This document shows positions 12,019 to 25,090 of a DNA stretch of 64,000 bases, piece after piece. The notes beneath the pieces were generated by a model. The model did no database searches. It was not told where the DNA came from and saw only the letters and a program-made list of their open reading frames with translations. Position numbers and translations under genes: made by a program. Numbering within the stretch: position 1 is the stretch's first letter; each line of letters begins with the position of its first letter. Origin of the DNA: Octopus vulgaris (Eukaryota); the NCBI GenBank assembly GCA_951406725.2, contig OX597826.1:36332001-36396000 (forward strand), written 5' to 3'.

Positions 12019-13259
12019 CAGTAGTTTTATTTTTTATAGCGTGCTTTCACTTCACTACCAAGCGCAGCTCTGTGTGCCTTGGGTATGTGCTGTGATTTGT
12101 TGTGATGCTCTGATGGTTACTGTATGTAAAGTGTTCTGCGTAGGATGTGTGCAGTGCCTAGTAGTGCAATTTTCTGTATGTTATATGTGTTTGTAAGTCC
12201 TGGTGTTTTTGTTATGTATTTGTCTGAATATTTTTTATCATGCCTAATGCACCTACTATGATAGGAATTGTTTCTGTTTTTAGATTCCAAATTCTGGTTA
12301 CCTCCATTTCCAGGTCTTTGTATTTTGAAAGTTTCTCCATTTCTTTTAGAGACACGTTGTCATCTGCCGGTATTGATACATCAATTAGAAAGCATTTTTT
12401 TCTTCATGATCTCTGACAACTATATCTGGTCCGTTGGCCTTAATTTCTCTATCTGTGTGTATCGGCATATCCCAGAGTATGGTTGCTTTTTCGTTTTCTG
12501 TGACCTTTTCTGGTGTGTGCCTATACCATCTTTTTTCTGTTGTTATTCCATAATGTTTGCATAGCTTCCAGTGTGTGTAGGTTCCAACTCTGTCATGTCT
12601 GAATATATTCCTTCTTAGCCAGGACTGGGCAGCCAGAGATAATATGATTTATTGTTTCTTGTCCATCTCCACATATTCTGCAGTTACTTGTTATATTTCT
12701 TTTCATTACATGTTTTTGGTAATTTCTGGTGGGGAGGCTTTGGTCTTGTGCTGCAATTAAAAATCCCTCTGTCTCTGCTTTGAGTCCTGAGCTTCTCAAC
12801 CATTGCTGGGATTTTTCTTTGTCTATTTCTTTTGCATTTAGTTTAGTCCAGTATTTACCATGAAGGGTTTTTTCTTGCCATCGTTTTATCATGGTTCTTT
12901 GCTGTTCTAGTTTTAGTTTGGATTTCATTTGTTTTATAGCTTTTGTTGTTTCTTCATCATCTTCTTCTTCTTCTTCTTCTTTATATTTGTTAGGTGGTAT
13001 GATTTCTTGTTTATATTTGTCAGCTTCCTTAAATACTGAGAACAGTTTTTTGTTTTGCTCGTGTTTTGCTGCTATTTGTATCAGTTTTCCTTCCTTCTGA
13101 AGTAGATATTTTTGCAGTCCTATGGTGGTTATTTTATAGTAGTTTTCCAGCTGTATACGGCCTCTACCACCTTCTATACATTGTATATATAGTCTTTCTA
13201 TGTTAGATTTTGGGTGATGCATCCTAGACCCTGTCATTATTTTTCTTGTTTTCCTATCT
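12019..13259 (-). mobile_element. R4/Dong-like non-LTR retrotransposon 3' ~1.2 kb, near-intact frame, in (TAA)n
   Basis: IDRKTRKIMT..HHPKSNIERLY..GGRG..AETEGFLIAAQDQSL..CRICGDGQETINHIISGC. After a frameshift: RHDRVG..ILWDMPIHTDREIKANGPDIVV..LIDVSIP..KLSKYKDL..IVGALG..IALLGTAHILR. Then a short 3' UTR running into (TAA)n. Confidence 0.92.
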
Positions 13260-13418
13260 ATTATTATTATTATCATTATCATTATTATTATTATCATTAT
13301 TATTATTATTATTATTGTTGTTGTTGTTATTATTGTTATTATTATTGTTATTATCATTATTATTATTATTATTATTATTATCATTATTATTATTATTATC
13401 ATTATTATTATCATTATA

Positions 13419-13483
<65 letters not shown>

Positions 13484-13538
13484 TATCATCATCATCATGA
13501 TCATCATCATCATTACCATTATTATTATTTTTAATATT

Positions 13539-13573
<35 letters not shown>

Positions 13574-13647
13574 TATTATTATTATTATTAATATTTTTAT
13601 TATCATTATTATTATTATTATCATTATTATTATTATTGTTATTATTA

Positions 13648-13678
<31 letters not shown>

Positions 13679-13850
13679 CATTATTATTATCATTATTATT
13701 ATTATTATTATCATCATCATCATCATCGTCATCATCATCATCATCATCATTATCATTATTATTATTGTTATTATTATTATCATCACCATCATCATCATCA
13801 TCATCATCATCATAATCATCATTATTATTATTATTATTATTATTATTTTT

Positions 13851-13896
<46 letters not shown>

Positions 13897-13950
13897 TTAT
13901 TATTTTTATTATTATTATTATTATTATCATCATCATTATTATTATTATTA

Positions 13951-14006
<56 letters not shown>

Positions 14007-14013
14007 TATTATT
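13260..14013. repeat. ~750-bp compound (ATT/ATC/GTT)n tract
   Basis: Continuous in-phase triplet repeat. Confidence 0.97.
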
Positions 14014-14014
14014 A

Positions 14015-14246
14015 AGGCAGCGAGCTGGCATAATTGCTAGAATGCCCGGCGAAATGCTTCACAGCATTTTGTCCATTTTTACATTCTGAGTTCAAATGTT
14101 GCTGTGGTCAACATTGCATTGCATTTCTTTTGGGTTGATAAAATAAGTACCAGTTGGTTATTAGTGGTGTGTTTGTGTGGGGGGTGATGTGATCCATTTA
14201 CCCCCTCCTCTGAAATTGCTGGCCTTGTGCCAGAATTTGGAACCAT
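14015..14246 (+). mobile_element. SINE family B
   Basis: ggcagcgagctggca head through ggccttgtgcc tail, between (ATT)n. Confidence 0.85.
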
Positions 14247-14646
14247 TATTATTATTATTATGATGATGATGACAAGGATGATGAGAGTGACAACAATGAT
14301 GCTACTGTTAATGATGATGATGACGGTGGGAACCAATACGATGGCAATGGTATTTTAATGAAAAAAATTGATTTCAGAAAGAAAAAAAATATTCTTTTAC
14401 CAAAACTAAAAAGGCCTCCTATAATATCCAGTTTTTTTTTTTAAAGAATTAATTATTCTTCAAGCTGTTTTGTATCAATAATTCTGTTAGTGTGGCATTG
14501 CTTCAAAAAGATTAAATTGATCTTAAATAATTTTATGCTTCCTTTTATTGTTATATAAAGTGTTGTCTTGGAAGAGAAACTGGGCCCATTCACTTTCTAG
14601 TTTAATCACAATGTTTCCATTTTCAGCACAATCAATCCTTCAATGC

Positions 14647-14690
<44 letters not shown>

Positions 14691-14713
14691 CATTATTATT
14701 ATTACTATTATTG

Positions 14714-15041
14714 TGAAGGCACATGACTCAGTGGTTAAAGCTTACGATCATGAGGTTGTGAGTTCACTTCCCAGACCGGGCTGCGTGTTGTGTTTTTGAG
14801 CACAACACTTTATTTCATGTTGATCTAGTTCACTCAGCTGTTGAAATGAGTTGTGGTATCACTGGTGCCAAGCTGTATCGGCCTTTGCCTTTCCCTTGGA
14901 CAACATTGGTGGCATGAAGAAGGGAGGCTGGTATTGATGGGCGACTGCTGGTCTTCCATAAACAACCATGCCCGGACTTATTCCTCGGAAGGTAACTTCC
15001 TAGGTGCAATCCCATGGTCATTCATGACTGAAGAGAGTCTC
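14714..15041 (+). mobile_element. SINE family D (tRNA-like head, CORE-like block)
   Basis: Inverted homologue at 19321-19628. Confidence 0.85.
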
Positions 15042-15079
15042 AAATTATTATTATTATTATTATTGTTATTGCACTCATT

Positions 15080-15297
15080 AGGGCAGTGAGCTGGCAGAAT
15101 AAGTAGCACAATGGACAAAATGCCTTGTGTCATTTCATCTATCTTTATGTTCTGAGTTCAAATTCCACTGGTGTTGACATTGCCGTTCATCCTTTCAGAG
15201 TTCATAAATTATGTACAAGTGAAATATTGGGGGTTGATGTAATCAACTAGCCCCCTCCTCCAAACTTTCAGGCCTTGTGCCTTTATTTGAAAGGATT
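15080..15297 (+). mobile_element. SINE family B
   Basis: Head, core and tail match 5736-5950. Confidence 0.85.
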
Positions 15298-15312
15298 ATT
15301 ATTATTATCATG

Positions 15313-15553
15313 AGTGGGGTGAGGTGGTAGAATCGTTAACACTCCAGACGAAATGTTTAGTGGTATTTTGTCTGTCTTTACACTCTAAGTTCAAATTCTG
15401 ATGAAGTTGATTTTGCCTTTCAGGCTCCATAGAATAAAGTTGGTTTTGCCTTTCAGGCTCCATAGAATAATAAGTCTTGGAGTTGATGAAACCCATTATC
15501 CTCTACCACTCAAAATCTACAAGCCCTGTGACAACAATGGGAACCATTATTAT
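15313..15553 (+). mobile_element. SINE family B with internal 33-bp tandem duplication
   Basis: aagttg(a/g)ttttgcctttcaggctccatagaata x2 at ~15404-15470. Confidence 0.8.
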
Positions 15554-15963
15554 CATTTTCCTCTTTGGCCCAGGTCTCATCAACTTTTTCAAGTTTCACT
15601 TGAAAAGGAAGATGAGAGTAGAGAGGGAAGTGCTGTCCAATAGCAAGTTTTCTGAAAGGTGGATAAATGTCGCAAGAATGGCTAGTATGAAAGGAGCCAT
15701 TCTGAGGTTGCACCTGTGATTTAAAAAGGTAATATAAAAGGAGAAAGGGGCTCTCTACCCCACTTTTTGACCAGGCTCCCGTTGGCTTTTATGGTTTTTT
15801 TCCACCAGGAACCTTTCATAACGCCTCCCCCTTTTGGGAGATTTTCATTGTTAAAATCTTTCGTTGTTTAAACTGTTTTTTACTCGGATTTTACAAACGG
15901 ACAAAACCCTTTGTACCCTTTTGTCCTGTTTCATCCTTTTATGTGATAATTGATTTTTGTCAG
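15554..15963 (+). mobile_element. Tx1/L1-like LINE 3' end with 31-bp flanking direct repeat
   Basis: GPGLINFFKFHLKRKMRVEREVLSNSKFSERW resembles a Tx1-type ORF2 C-terminus, followed by a T-rich 3' UTR. gccctgtgacaacaatgggaaccattattat at 15523-15553 and 15964-15994. Confidence 0.65.
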
Positions 15964-16011
15964 GCCCTGTGACAACAATGGGAACCATTATTATTATTAT
16001 CATTATTATTA

Positions 16012-16224
16012 AGGGCAGCAAACTGACAGAATCGTTAGCACGCTGGATGAAATGCTTAGCGGTATTTTGCCCGTCGCTATGTTCTGAGTTCAAATTCTGC
16101 CAAAGTTGACTTTACCTTTCATCCTTTTGGGGGTGATAAATTAAGTACCTGTTGCGTACTGGGGTCAATGTAATCAACTATCCCTGTCCCCCAAGTTTAG
16201 GCCTTGTGCCTATAATAGAAAGGT
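16012..16224 (+). mobile_element. SINE family B
   Basis: Full-length match to the other B copies. Confidence 0.88.
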
Positions 16225-16691
16225 TTATTATTATTATCAATATTATTATTAGTAGTAGTAGTAGCAGCAGCAGTGGCAGTGGTGGTGGTGTTGGCGGGGA
16301 GGTAGTAGTAGTAAAGTTTGAATTTCTTCACAAACCCACTCACTGTAGGAACACATGCACACACACATACACACACACAACCATACACAGAAACACATAC
16401 ACACACAGAGACATTTCACTGTTTTAAAACGCTGTACCTAGATTGGCTTCTGTGAGATGGTTGAAAACTTTTGCACGGCCATTTTTGGTGGTTGTCTCGC
16501 ACTTTCTCTCCTCATTCGGAACCCCTACTACAAAATAAAAGGATTAGGTATGAAAATAACTCCAACAGGGCCAATGTTTCATCTGTAGACAAACGCAAAG
16601 TGAAATATCCATTTATAAGTTGGCGATTAGTGACTGAAGACAATTGCACAGCAGGAGGAGACCAAAGTAACACACCACAATATCACTACCG

Positions 16692-16773
<82 letters not shown>

Positions 16774-17440
16774 ACTCAATCACAACCGCAAAATAGCAGC
16801 ACAACTAATGCACAAGTGTAACACACCAATACAGTAGAGTGTACTATAACACAACTACAACACAAAACTTAACAGCGCCATACCACAACAACACACAACT
16901 GCAATGTACCAATACATTCACACCACAGCAACACAGCACCAAACTGTAATACCACAGCATTTCATGGAATCGTGCCACATTCACATGTTACCATGCAACA
17001 CACTAACCCTAATTACAACAACAAAACTACCACACAACCACACCAATATACCACACTACCACATAACTACGACACCCACCACCAGCACCACCAGCACCAA
17101 TACCATCTCACTATCAGAGTGCCTACTTCAATAAATTGTTATTTTACTTAATTATTTTTCTAGAAATCTGTTTATTTTACTTTAGTCAGAATAATTTCAT
17201 AAACCACTAAAGAAATTACTTTTATAAATGAAAATTCTAAATACATTTTCAAATTTTGTATTTTCAATTTTGCATGTATACACACTCTCAGTTTTACATA
17301 TTTTATGTGAATTTTATGAACATACTTACACACAGGCTTACAAATATGCATACACACTTACATGCTCTCATATACATGAGAACATATGTGTTTGTGTGAT
17401 ACACACATATATACGTACATATATACATATATATATATAT

Positions 17441-17545
17441 TAAAACTGGGGAAGGCTGGGCTTCTTTCAGATTTATGTTTTCTACAAACAATATATATAT
17501 ATATATATGTATATGTGTTTGTGTATATATATATACACACATATA

Positions 17546-17583
<38 letters not shown>

Positions 17584-17659
17584 ATATACATACACACATA
17601 TATTTATATATATTAAAAATGGGGAAAGCTGGGTTTCTTTCAGATTTATGTTTTCTATG

Positions 17660-17665
<6 letters not shown>
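17441..17665. repeat. Local duplication of a ~52-bp unique segment separated by (TA)n
   Basis: taaaactggggaaggctgggcttctttcagatttatgttttcta at 17441-17491 versus 17614-17665. Confidence 0.85.
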
Positions 17666-17753
<88 letters not shown>

Positions 17754-18722
17754 TTGTATGTATGTTTGTATGTATGTATGTATGTATGTATGTATGTATG
17801 TCTGTCTGTATGTATGTAGGCATGCATGTATGTATGTATGTGTATGTTTTATGAATGCGATTTTGATTTTTTTTCTTTATTTCCATCAATAAGTTTCTCT
17901 TTCGAGAGTTTATGAATATTTTAAGTTATCTTGAAAGTGCAGTAAATGTATTTTGAGACATCAAAAACTTCCTCCAGTCGATGGAAAAGTTTTAAAAAGC
18001 AAGTTAAAAGCAAGCAAAACATAATTCTTTAATATATGGTGCATACATAACAATTTGCTGGAAGGCATTGGTTCCTTTAAGGCTCTCAAAATCAAAACAT
18101 GCAGAGGAAAATTAAATGTTGTTTATATTAAGGAAAATTTTATCTTTAATGAATAAAATTTAAAGAATGGTTTTTATAACTTTTTCAGAAATTTTATGGC
18201 TGTTTATTTATTAATTCATTTATTTACTTATTTATTTATTTATATAAGGGAAAAGGGTGTATACTTTCATTTAACAATTTCATTTAAAGGATTCAAAATA
18301 ATATTTCGATTTTTGTGATTAAATCTCCAATAGATGGGAAGAGTTTCCTGTGGACATGATGGAAGTTTTAATACAAACTTGTTTTTATTAATGGATGCAA
18401 TGTTTGAATTCTCATTCTTCCACTCTGAAAGAATAATCCAATATGATCTTCAATAGATTTCAGCATTTCCATCATAAATTAAATCATACACGCATGTTTA
18501 TTACTTTAATTCTGTTTCCATTCTGTAGCCACGAAGGTGCACTGCATACATGCACAGCTTTTACATTGTTGCAACAGTCATTATGGAACCATAGTGGTGC
18601 ACTGTACATACATGGCTATTACATACTTACTGAATTATTTATAGAACCATACTAGCACCTTGCACATGCATGTGCATTAAACTGTTGCAGTATTCACTCT
18701 TTGGCCATGTTAGTGCCCTGTA

Positions 18723-19971
18723 TGAGTTACATTCCAGAAGTTTTTTTTTTTTTTACTTTTCGGAAGAGGGGCAGCTGTAACTGATTTATGTTATTGTAAT
18801 TTAAGTCTATCATCACTATATTTCTAATAAGCTGACTTGCCAACCTTGTAACTCCAAATTGAAGGAGATGGCTGTAGCAGCACTTTGAGCACACCCTACT
18901 AAAACATTGCTTGTCAAAGCTGACTAGTTTGCAGAATGCAATTGGGACACAAACCTTGCTGTGCAAATAAAGTTTCATGATAAACTGTGCAAAATCGAAA
19001 CTTATGAAATTCTCTGTTTATGGATCGGCTTTGTCTGAGGCTGGCATCTGTCTTTCACTGGTAAAAGAAGTTCAAGAATGGCAGAGAAAAGATGAGAGAT
19101 GATGAAAGGTGTGGGAAGGAGAAGGAAGTCAGAATATCTGAAATGGTTGAGAAAATTTGCAGTTTTCTGGATAAAGACTATCATATGTCTGTAAAGACAA
19201 TAAATGTACATTTTAAAGTTGGTGTGGCAACTGTAGACGTAACTATTCATGAGGATCTGAACATGCACAAAATTTGTGCCAAATTTGTTTGCAGGATGGT
19301 CAATGAGGAGCACCCTGATATGATGAGACCCCCTTCGGTCATGACTGACCGTGGGATTGCACATAGAAAGTTACCCTCTCAGGCACAAGTCTGGGCAAGG
19401 TTGTTTATGGAAGACCAGTCGCCCATGCATACCGGACTCCCCTCTCCACGCCACCAGTGTTATCCAAAGGAAAGGCAACGACCGATACAACTTAGCACCT
19501 GTGACGTCGCAACTCATTTCAACAGCTGAGTGAACTGGAACAATGTAAAATAAATTGTCTTGCTCAAGAACACAACACGCAGCCCGGTCCGGAATTCGAA
19601 CTCACAACCTCACGATCGTAAGGTCGACGCACCCTGATAACCAATTACATAATAGAGATGGGAATCAAAACTACCCCCTCACCCTTCCTACGGACACCCC
19701 GACTTTGCTGCCTGAATTTTTTGGTGATTCTTCAAGCTGAAGAAGAACTTCAGAGGAAGTCGTTTTGAAGATGAAGGAGTCTGTGACAAGGGTCCAAGAC
19801 ACCTTCATTTTGGAGGAGTCTTATGGGGCCTTTTGTGAAGCAGCTGGAGTGCTACATCACGTGCATTAAAGTCAGAGGGTCCTGCTTCGAAGGAGATTAG
19901 AACTTTGTACTTCCTAGAAATTAATAAATGTCTTTCCTGAAAAAATCTCAAGACTTCTTGGATGCACCTTG
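18723..19971 (+). mobile_element. Internally deleted mariner (DD34D-type) transposon with degenerate TIRs and TA flanks
   Basis: HTH region RDDERCG..IHEDLNMHKICAKFV. C-terminus STLITNYIIEMGIKT..FFKLKKNFRGSRFE..CIKVRGSCFEGD*. Left end tatgagttacattccagaag resembles the reverse complement of the right end (tacaaggtgcatccaagaag). Confidence 0.8.
19321..19628 (-). mobile_element. SINE family D, 5'-truncated, inserted in the mariner, 11-bp TSD
   Basis: TSD gcaccctgata at 19310-19320 and 19629-19639. Confidence 0.9.
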
Positions 19972-20815
19972 TACATGCAAATTTCTTCAATTATTCTAGG
20001 CTTCATTCAGTAGCTATTCTGTTGCCCTCCTTGCATTTTGCTTGCTGGTGCCGTTATTTAAATTGCATATCCTGCAATGCATACTGTGTCACAAGGAGTG
20101 TTGTTATTTGGAAGAATCAATAGGTTAGTGGAAGCTACTCTTTCCTGGTTATAAAAACCCGACAGACTGTTTATGAGGGACATTAGAAAGTACTAGATCA
20201 GCAAACATTTTAAAGACTTCAGAGAAACCAAAGTAGTTCGTAAACCTTGCTCTATTATATTGAATTACAATGAATTTTGAGTCAAAATATTATTGAATGT
20301 AAATAAGTGATTCATGAAAACAACAAACACACATACACACACATATGTAATAAAATAACAGTGTGTGATATCACTATAATATATAAATGTAAGTAGAGAC
20401 ATACACAAACATACGCACGTGAATGTATATATGTTATGTTTCAGAAATGTTTGCTGCTTCAACACAAATGTAGAGCTAGAGTGTCATCTTTCTGTTAAGA
20501 CTCAGAGATTTCAATGTTTTATCGTATGTTATTATGTTGGCAATTGTCATGCGGACAAGTGATTAATCATTACTGTTTTTCTCCAAGAGCCTCCCTGTCA
20601 AAGGAATAGATACTTCAAGTAGAAGCGGCAGCAGTAGCAGTAGTGGTCATAGCAGTCGTGATGGTGGTGCTCGTGGTGGTGTCAAGTAGTTTTGACAGCA
20701 CATGTGTTGTCACAAAATTCCAGTTATATAAACGTATATGAAAACCATTAAGACACCTATGAACTATTTTCCCCCCATTTCAGTGGATTTAGAATACTCT
20801 ATAAGTGCTTTATCG

Positions 20816-20847
<32 letters not shown>

Positions 20848-20859
20848 GCTATCAATGAC

Positions 20860-21302
20860 CTGGTAGAACTATTAGTATGCCAGAGAATATTATCAGCAGA
20901 TTTTTGTCTGTCTTTTCATTACTAATTTAGATTCCACCAAGGTCGACTTTGCCTTTCATTCAGGGAAATGGCAACGAATATTCTAGGAATCCTTTGGTTG
21001 AGCTTCAGATCATCGTACTCCCACGTCTCTGACCCTGTGATTCATATTGGCACTGGATATCGTTCCATAGCTTGTCACTGGATCATGTCAGTAGGGTAAA
21101 AAAGGTCTGTGAGGTGCTGAAATTTTAGGCTGTGAAATTGCCAGCGAGGGGACAATCCAATGCTCGGAGGACGTCATGGCAAGCATGGAAGTTGCAAATA
21201 TGAACTTGGATAAAATAAGTACCAGTTACACACTAGGGTTCGATGTAATTGACTAACCCTCTCCCCAACTAATTCCCAGCCTTGTGCCTATAGTAGAAAA
21301 AA
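20860..21302 (+). mobile_element. SINE family B split by a 250-bp insertion (20961-21210)
   Basis: The 5' half ends ..gtcgactttgcctttcat and the 3' half resumes gataaaataagtaccag. Confidence 0.8.
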
Positions 21303-21760
21303 TTATTATTATTGACACATGAGTCTCCTTTCAGAAACATCTTATATTTTAAGTATTACAAAGAGAACGTTTGCCATACCAGTAAATAAAACTAATGAAA
21401 TACTTAAAAAGGGACTGACCTTAACACACGGAAGTAGATGACAGAAAAAAGCGAGGTTATTTCACAAACTCTTAAACTCACATCGTATTTTGCTTCATTC
21501 CTGTCTCATGACTATGCCATTAGGTGCCCCCACTGGGCTTACCTGGTGAGCAGAGATGTTAGAATCCCAGCAGGACTTAAAACAATACTTGTCAAAAGGA
21601 TAGAGGAATCTAGTGTAGGCTTAACGACTATTTAGCAATAGCATGCGGACATCCCTGAGAAATTCTGAGTTTGTGTGTAGCATACAGGAAGTGAGGCACT
21701 CCTATGCTTTTGCTAAAGCATGTCTCCTGAAAAAAGGGCACTGATATAAAATTAGATATG

Positions 21761-22140
21761 CAGGGAATAGTAATGAATATTCTAGGAATCCTTTGGTTGA
21801 GCTTCAGATCATCGTACTCCCACGTCCCTGACCCTGTGACTCATATTGGCACTGGATATCGTTCCCTAGCTTGTCACTGGATCATGTCAGTAGGCTGAAA
21901 AGGGTCTGTGAGGCGCTGTGCAACAATGACTGGATCTGAAATTTTAGATTGTGTAATCGCCAGTGAGGGGACAATCCAATGCTCGGAGGACGCCATGGCA
22001 ATCATGGAAGTTGCAGACATGAACTTGGATGAAGTCAACTGCTGGTGCAATAACTTTGTACACGGGCATTGCTGGCATTTTTCATCGGCAATGGTCAGTC
22101 AGGGTCTTCCTTGGTTGTGAATGGACAGCCATCATCATCA
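21761..22140 (+). mobile_element. RTE-like LINE 3' end with (CAT)n tail
   Basis: RILGILW at the start, a decayed RTE-type C-terminus and a catcatcat tail. The first ~270 bp are duplicated at 20961-21210. Confidence 0.6.
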
Positions 22141-23559
22141 TATTCATGTATGTATGTGTGTATATGTATGTATGTATGTATGTATGTATGCATGTATGTA
22201 TGTATGTATGTATGTATGTATGTATGTATATGCATGCATGCATGCATGTATGTATGTGTATCTAGCTTTCCTCAAATGAATATATAATTAAATGTTGGCA
22301 AGTTTTGTTCTTGTTTACAACTCACGCAGCCAGTTTAATCCATAATAATCTCTCACCACAACCAAGTTTAATCCGTGACATTGGCGACCCCGCTATGGAA
22401 GATGGGAACATTTTGTCAAACCCAACAGTATTTCTTAACCACAATAAATAATCCAAAAGTGGGTGAAAGAAAAATTTATATTTCTGCTTAGGAAGAGACA
22501 GAAGCAGATTAAATTTTGCCACATGTCAAGTAGTGAAACAAGACTTTCAGTACATGAACCAAAGGATTGGCTGCCAATTCAAGAGATTCCAGTGGCCATC
22601 AACCTTACTATCTAGTCGTCTTCAGTATTTGAGTTAATTTGTTTCAAATTACGTGAAAGAGCTTTCCCATGTATCGAATATTTATGTAACTAAATCGAAT
22701 TTATCGATGCACATGGTACAATACGAATTTTGTTTGATTTTTGAATTAAAAATACATTTATTAGTTTTATATCGAGTCTCTATTTGTTTGCAGTCAATTA
22801 AAATGTTTGTTGCCTAATGTGTATTTGGAATTTATATACGTGTAGCTGTAAGTTTTAATCTCCGATAGACACCACAGAAAGTTGTGATTATTTCTGTATC
22901 CATTATTAATTAGTTGCTTTTTTTTTTTGAAAAAGGTGATCTAGATTCTCTCTAGTAGAGCACAGTGTTAACAATTAAACACAGCCTCATTAATAATGGA
23001 TATACAAAAAGTTCTATAGACAACAATTATCAATGATTTCAATTTCAAAATCAAAAACATATTGATACTTACCACCTCTGAGCACACCGACATCACACGA
23101 TTCGAAACTTTGTTTTCCCACTCCCCATTGAGAAAGAAAGTTAACAGCTATTGCAGCAGCGAAATTCTTTATGTATAAATGTTTCTCTGGTTTTATTTTT
23201 CAAATTCGTCATCAATGAGGAAAAGTGGTGTCTACATTAGGAAAAAAAAGACCTCTTTCATTGGAATTTGGGGAGTACTAACAGGGTAGTCTTGTACATA
23301 TGTGTGTTTGTATATATATATGCGTGTGTGTGTGTGTGTGTGTGTGCGTGTGTGTGTATGTGTGAATGTCTGCATGTATGTATGTATGTATGTACACAGT
23401 GATGCACCATGGACTGCCAGTGCCTGAGTAAGGCAAATATTTTTCCATATTCTCTTTGTCTACTCATAGTCTTTACCCTTTTACTATCCACCCACCATGC
23501 TACCCATGAGTTAGTTGTTGGTTCAACCAGTCAGCGGTCCTAAAACTGGAAAATGTATA

Positions 23560-25090
23560 AAAAAGCTTGAAGCTTGTATTTCATTGCATGAAGCATTATT
23601 AAAGCTTTCTCCTCTTCTGATTTACATAGAATTAAAATTTCAAGTTCTTCAGTCCCACGTGATTGGAATGTATGCTGCAACTATTTGATGCCTTTGGTTT
23701 TATAGTGAAGTTACTTTCTAGCCTGTCTTTCAGACACAAATATGCTTCAAAGGCGATGTGGTATTAGAAGCAATTTTTTAGATATAAACGAATGTGTGTG
23801 CTGTAGGTGTCTTACTTTAAATGTATTTTCATTTAACCCAATTTACAATTATCTCTGGTCTGTCAATTCTGCATCTGTTCTGTATACTATTTCTTTAAAC
23901 AGGTAATTTCCATTCAAAGAGCACCTAATAAAGTTTCTACTGTAACATTCAGCTTGCGTTATTTGTGATCTGGCTATAGATCTTGTGGTACCGTTACTTT
24001 TATAGTTTTGTAAATCTGTGTTACGCATACAATAACTAGTGTAAAAAGTTTTGTAGAAAGCTTTTGTGATATCTGTGTCAAGTAGAGAAGTGTGTAATGA
24101 TTAGTGGAAAGTAAATCCAACTGATATATGTGTAAACATTTAAACTATGAGAAATATTAAACTCATTCTTTTCTACTTTTATGTTTGGTGTTATTTGCTT
24201 TGGATTGTTTTGTATATTCAGCTTTGTTTTCCGGCTTCAAGTTAAATTTTTATTGTAGTTTGGAGCAGTATTGTTAGATATAACACCATTCGGTTATAGG
24301 TTACTTACATGTCCACTAACGTTGCATGATCGTGGGCGCGTATATCGAGCTTCTATTTATGTGTTTTGTTTCTTCATATATTTAATGCTTCACCTTGGAA
24401 ATTTACTACCTTCACATTTATATTCATCATCAGTTTTAAATCAAATTCTTTAAAAACTCAGCTAATTAGAATTTTCGCCATATAGTTTTATAGCAATCCG
24501 TTCTAAGTATCGTTCCCTAATTCTTATAGATTTTTAGTTTTATCATCTTGCACAAATATATTGTTTGAATTTATGAGAGATGATGAATCGTTTAATGGGT
24601 TTTAAAAGACACTGTTGTAATTATTAAATCGTAGTAGTTTATGAGTTTAATTAAATGGATTTCGAATTTTGTCAGATCATTATTCTGCGAGGGATTCCTA
24701 TTGAGTTTGAAGTTAAATTTTCTCTTGTGCATTTCTGGAAGAATTATACCTTCATATATATACATGTGTGTCTGTGTGTGTGTGTGTGCATGTATACTTG
24801 TGCGTGCGTATTTAATGTACACACATGCCCAGATATATATATACATATATATACACACACACATATGTATATACATATATGTATATACATGCATACGCAC
24901 ACACACACACACTTATAAACATATACAGATACATTTAAATATATATTCAAACATACACACACAAACATAAACCAGAGTTAGCTTATTTCTATTATTAACA
25001 AATGGGCTTTTTATGAATCCAGATAAATTTTTTGGTGAACTTTTCCAAGACATAGCACCATTTTCGAAGATGTAGCAGTTGAACAATTTT
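23560..25090 (-). mobile_element. Highly decayed, internally deleted Penelope-like element (RT-thumb plus GIY-YIG remnants)
   Basis: Minus frames in the expected order: KFNFKLNRNPSQNNDLTKFE; SNNIFVQDDKTKNL; EFDLKLMMNINVKVVNF; FNISHSLNV..THF..HRYHK; CSLNGNYLFKEIVYR..IGLNENTFKVRH. These match Penelope motifs (ADKT, WFNPP..HKIFN, CPLxGxCL..VY..YIG). Confidence 0.7.

Noticed and set aside
12593-13936. 447-aa ORF, the longest in the window
   Set aside because: The N-terminal half is a translated (ATA/ATG)n microsatellite fused by chance in frame to a truncated Dong-like ORF. It is not a gene.
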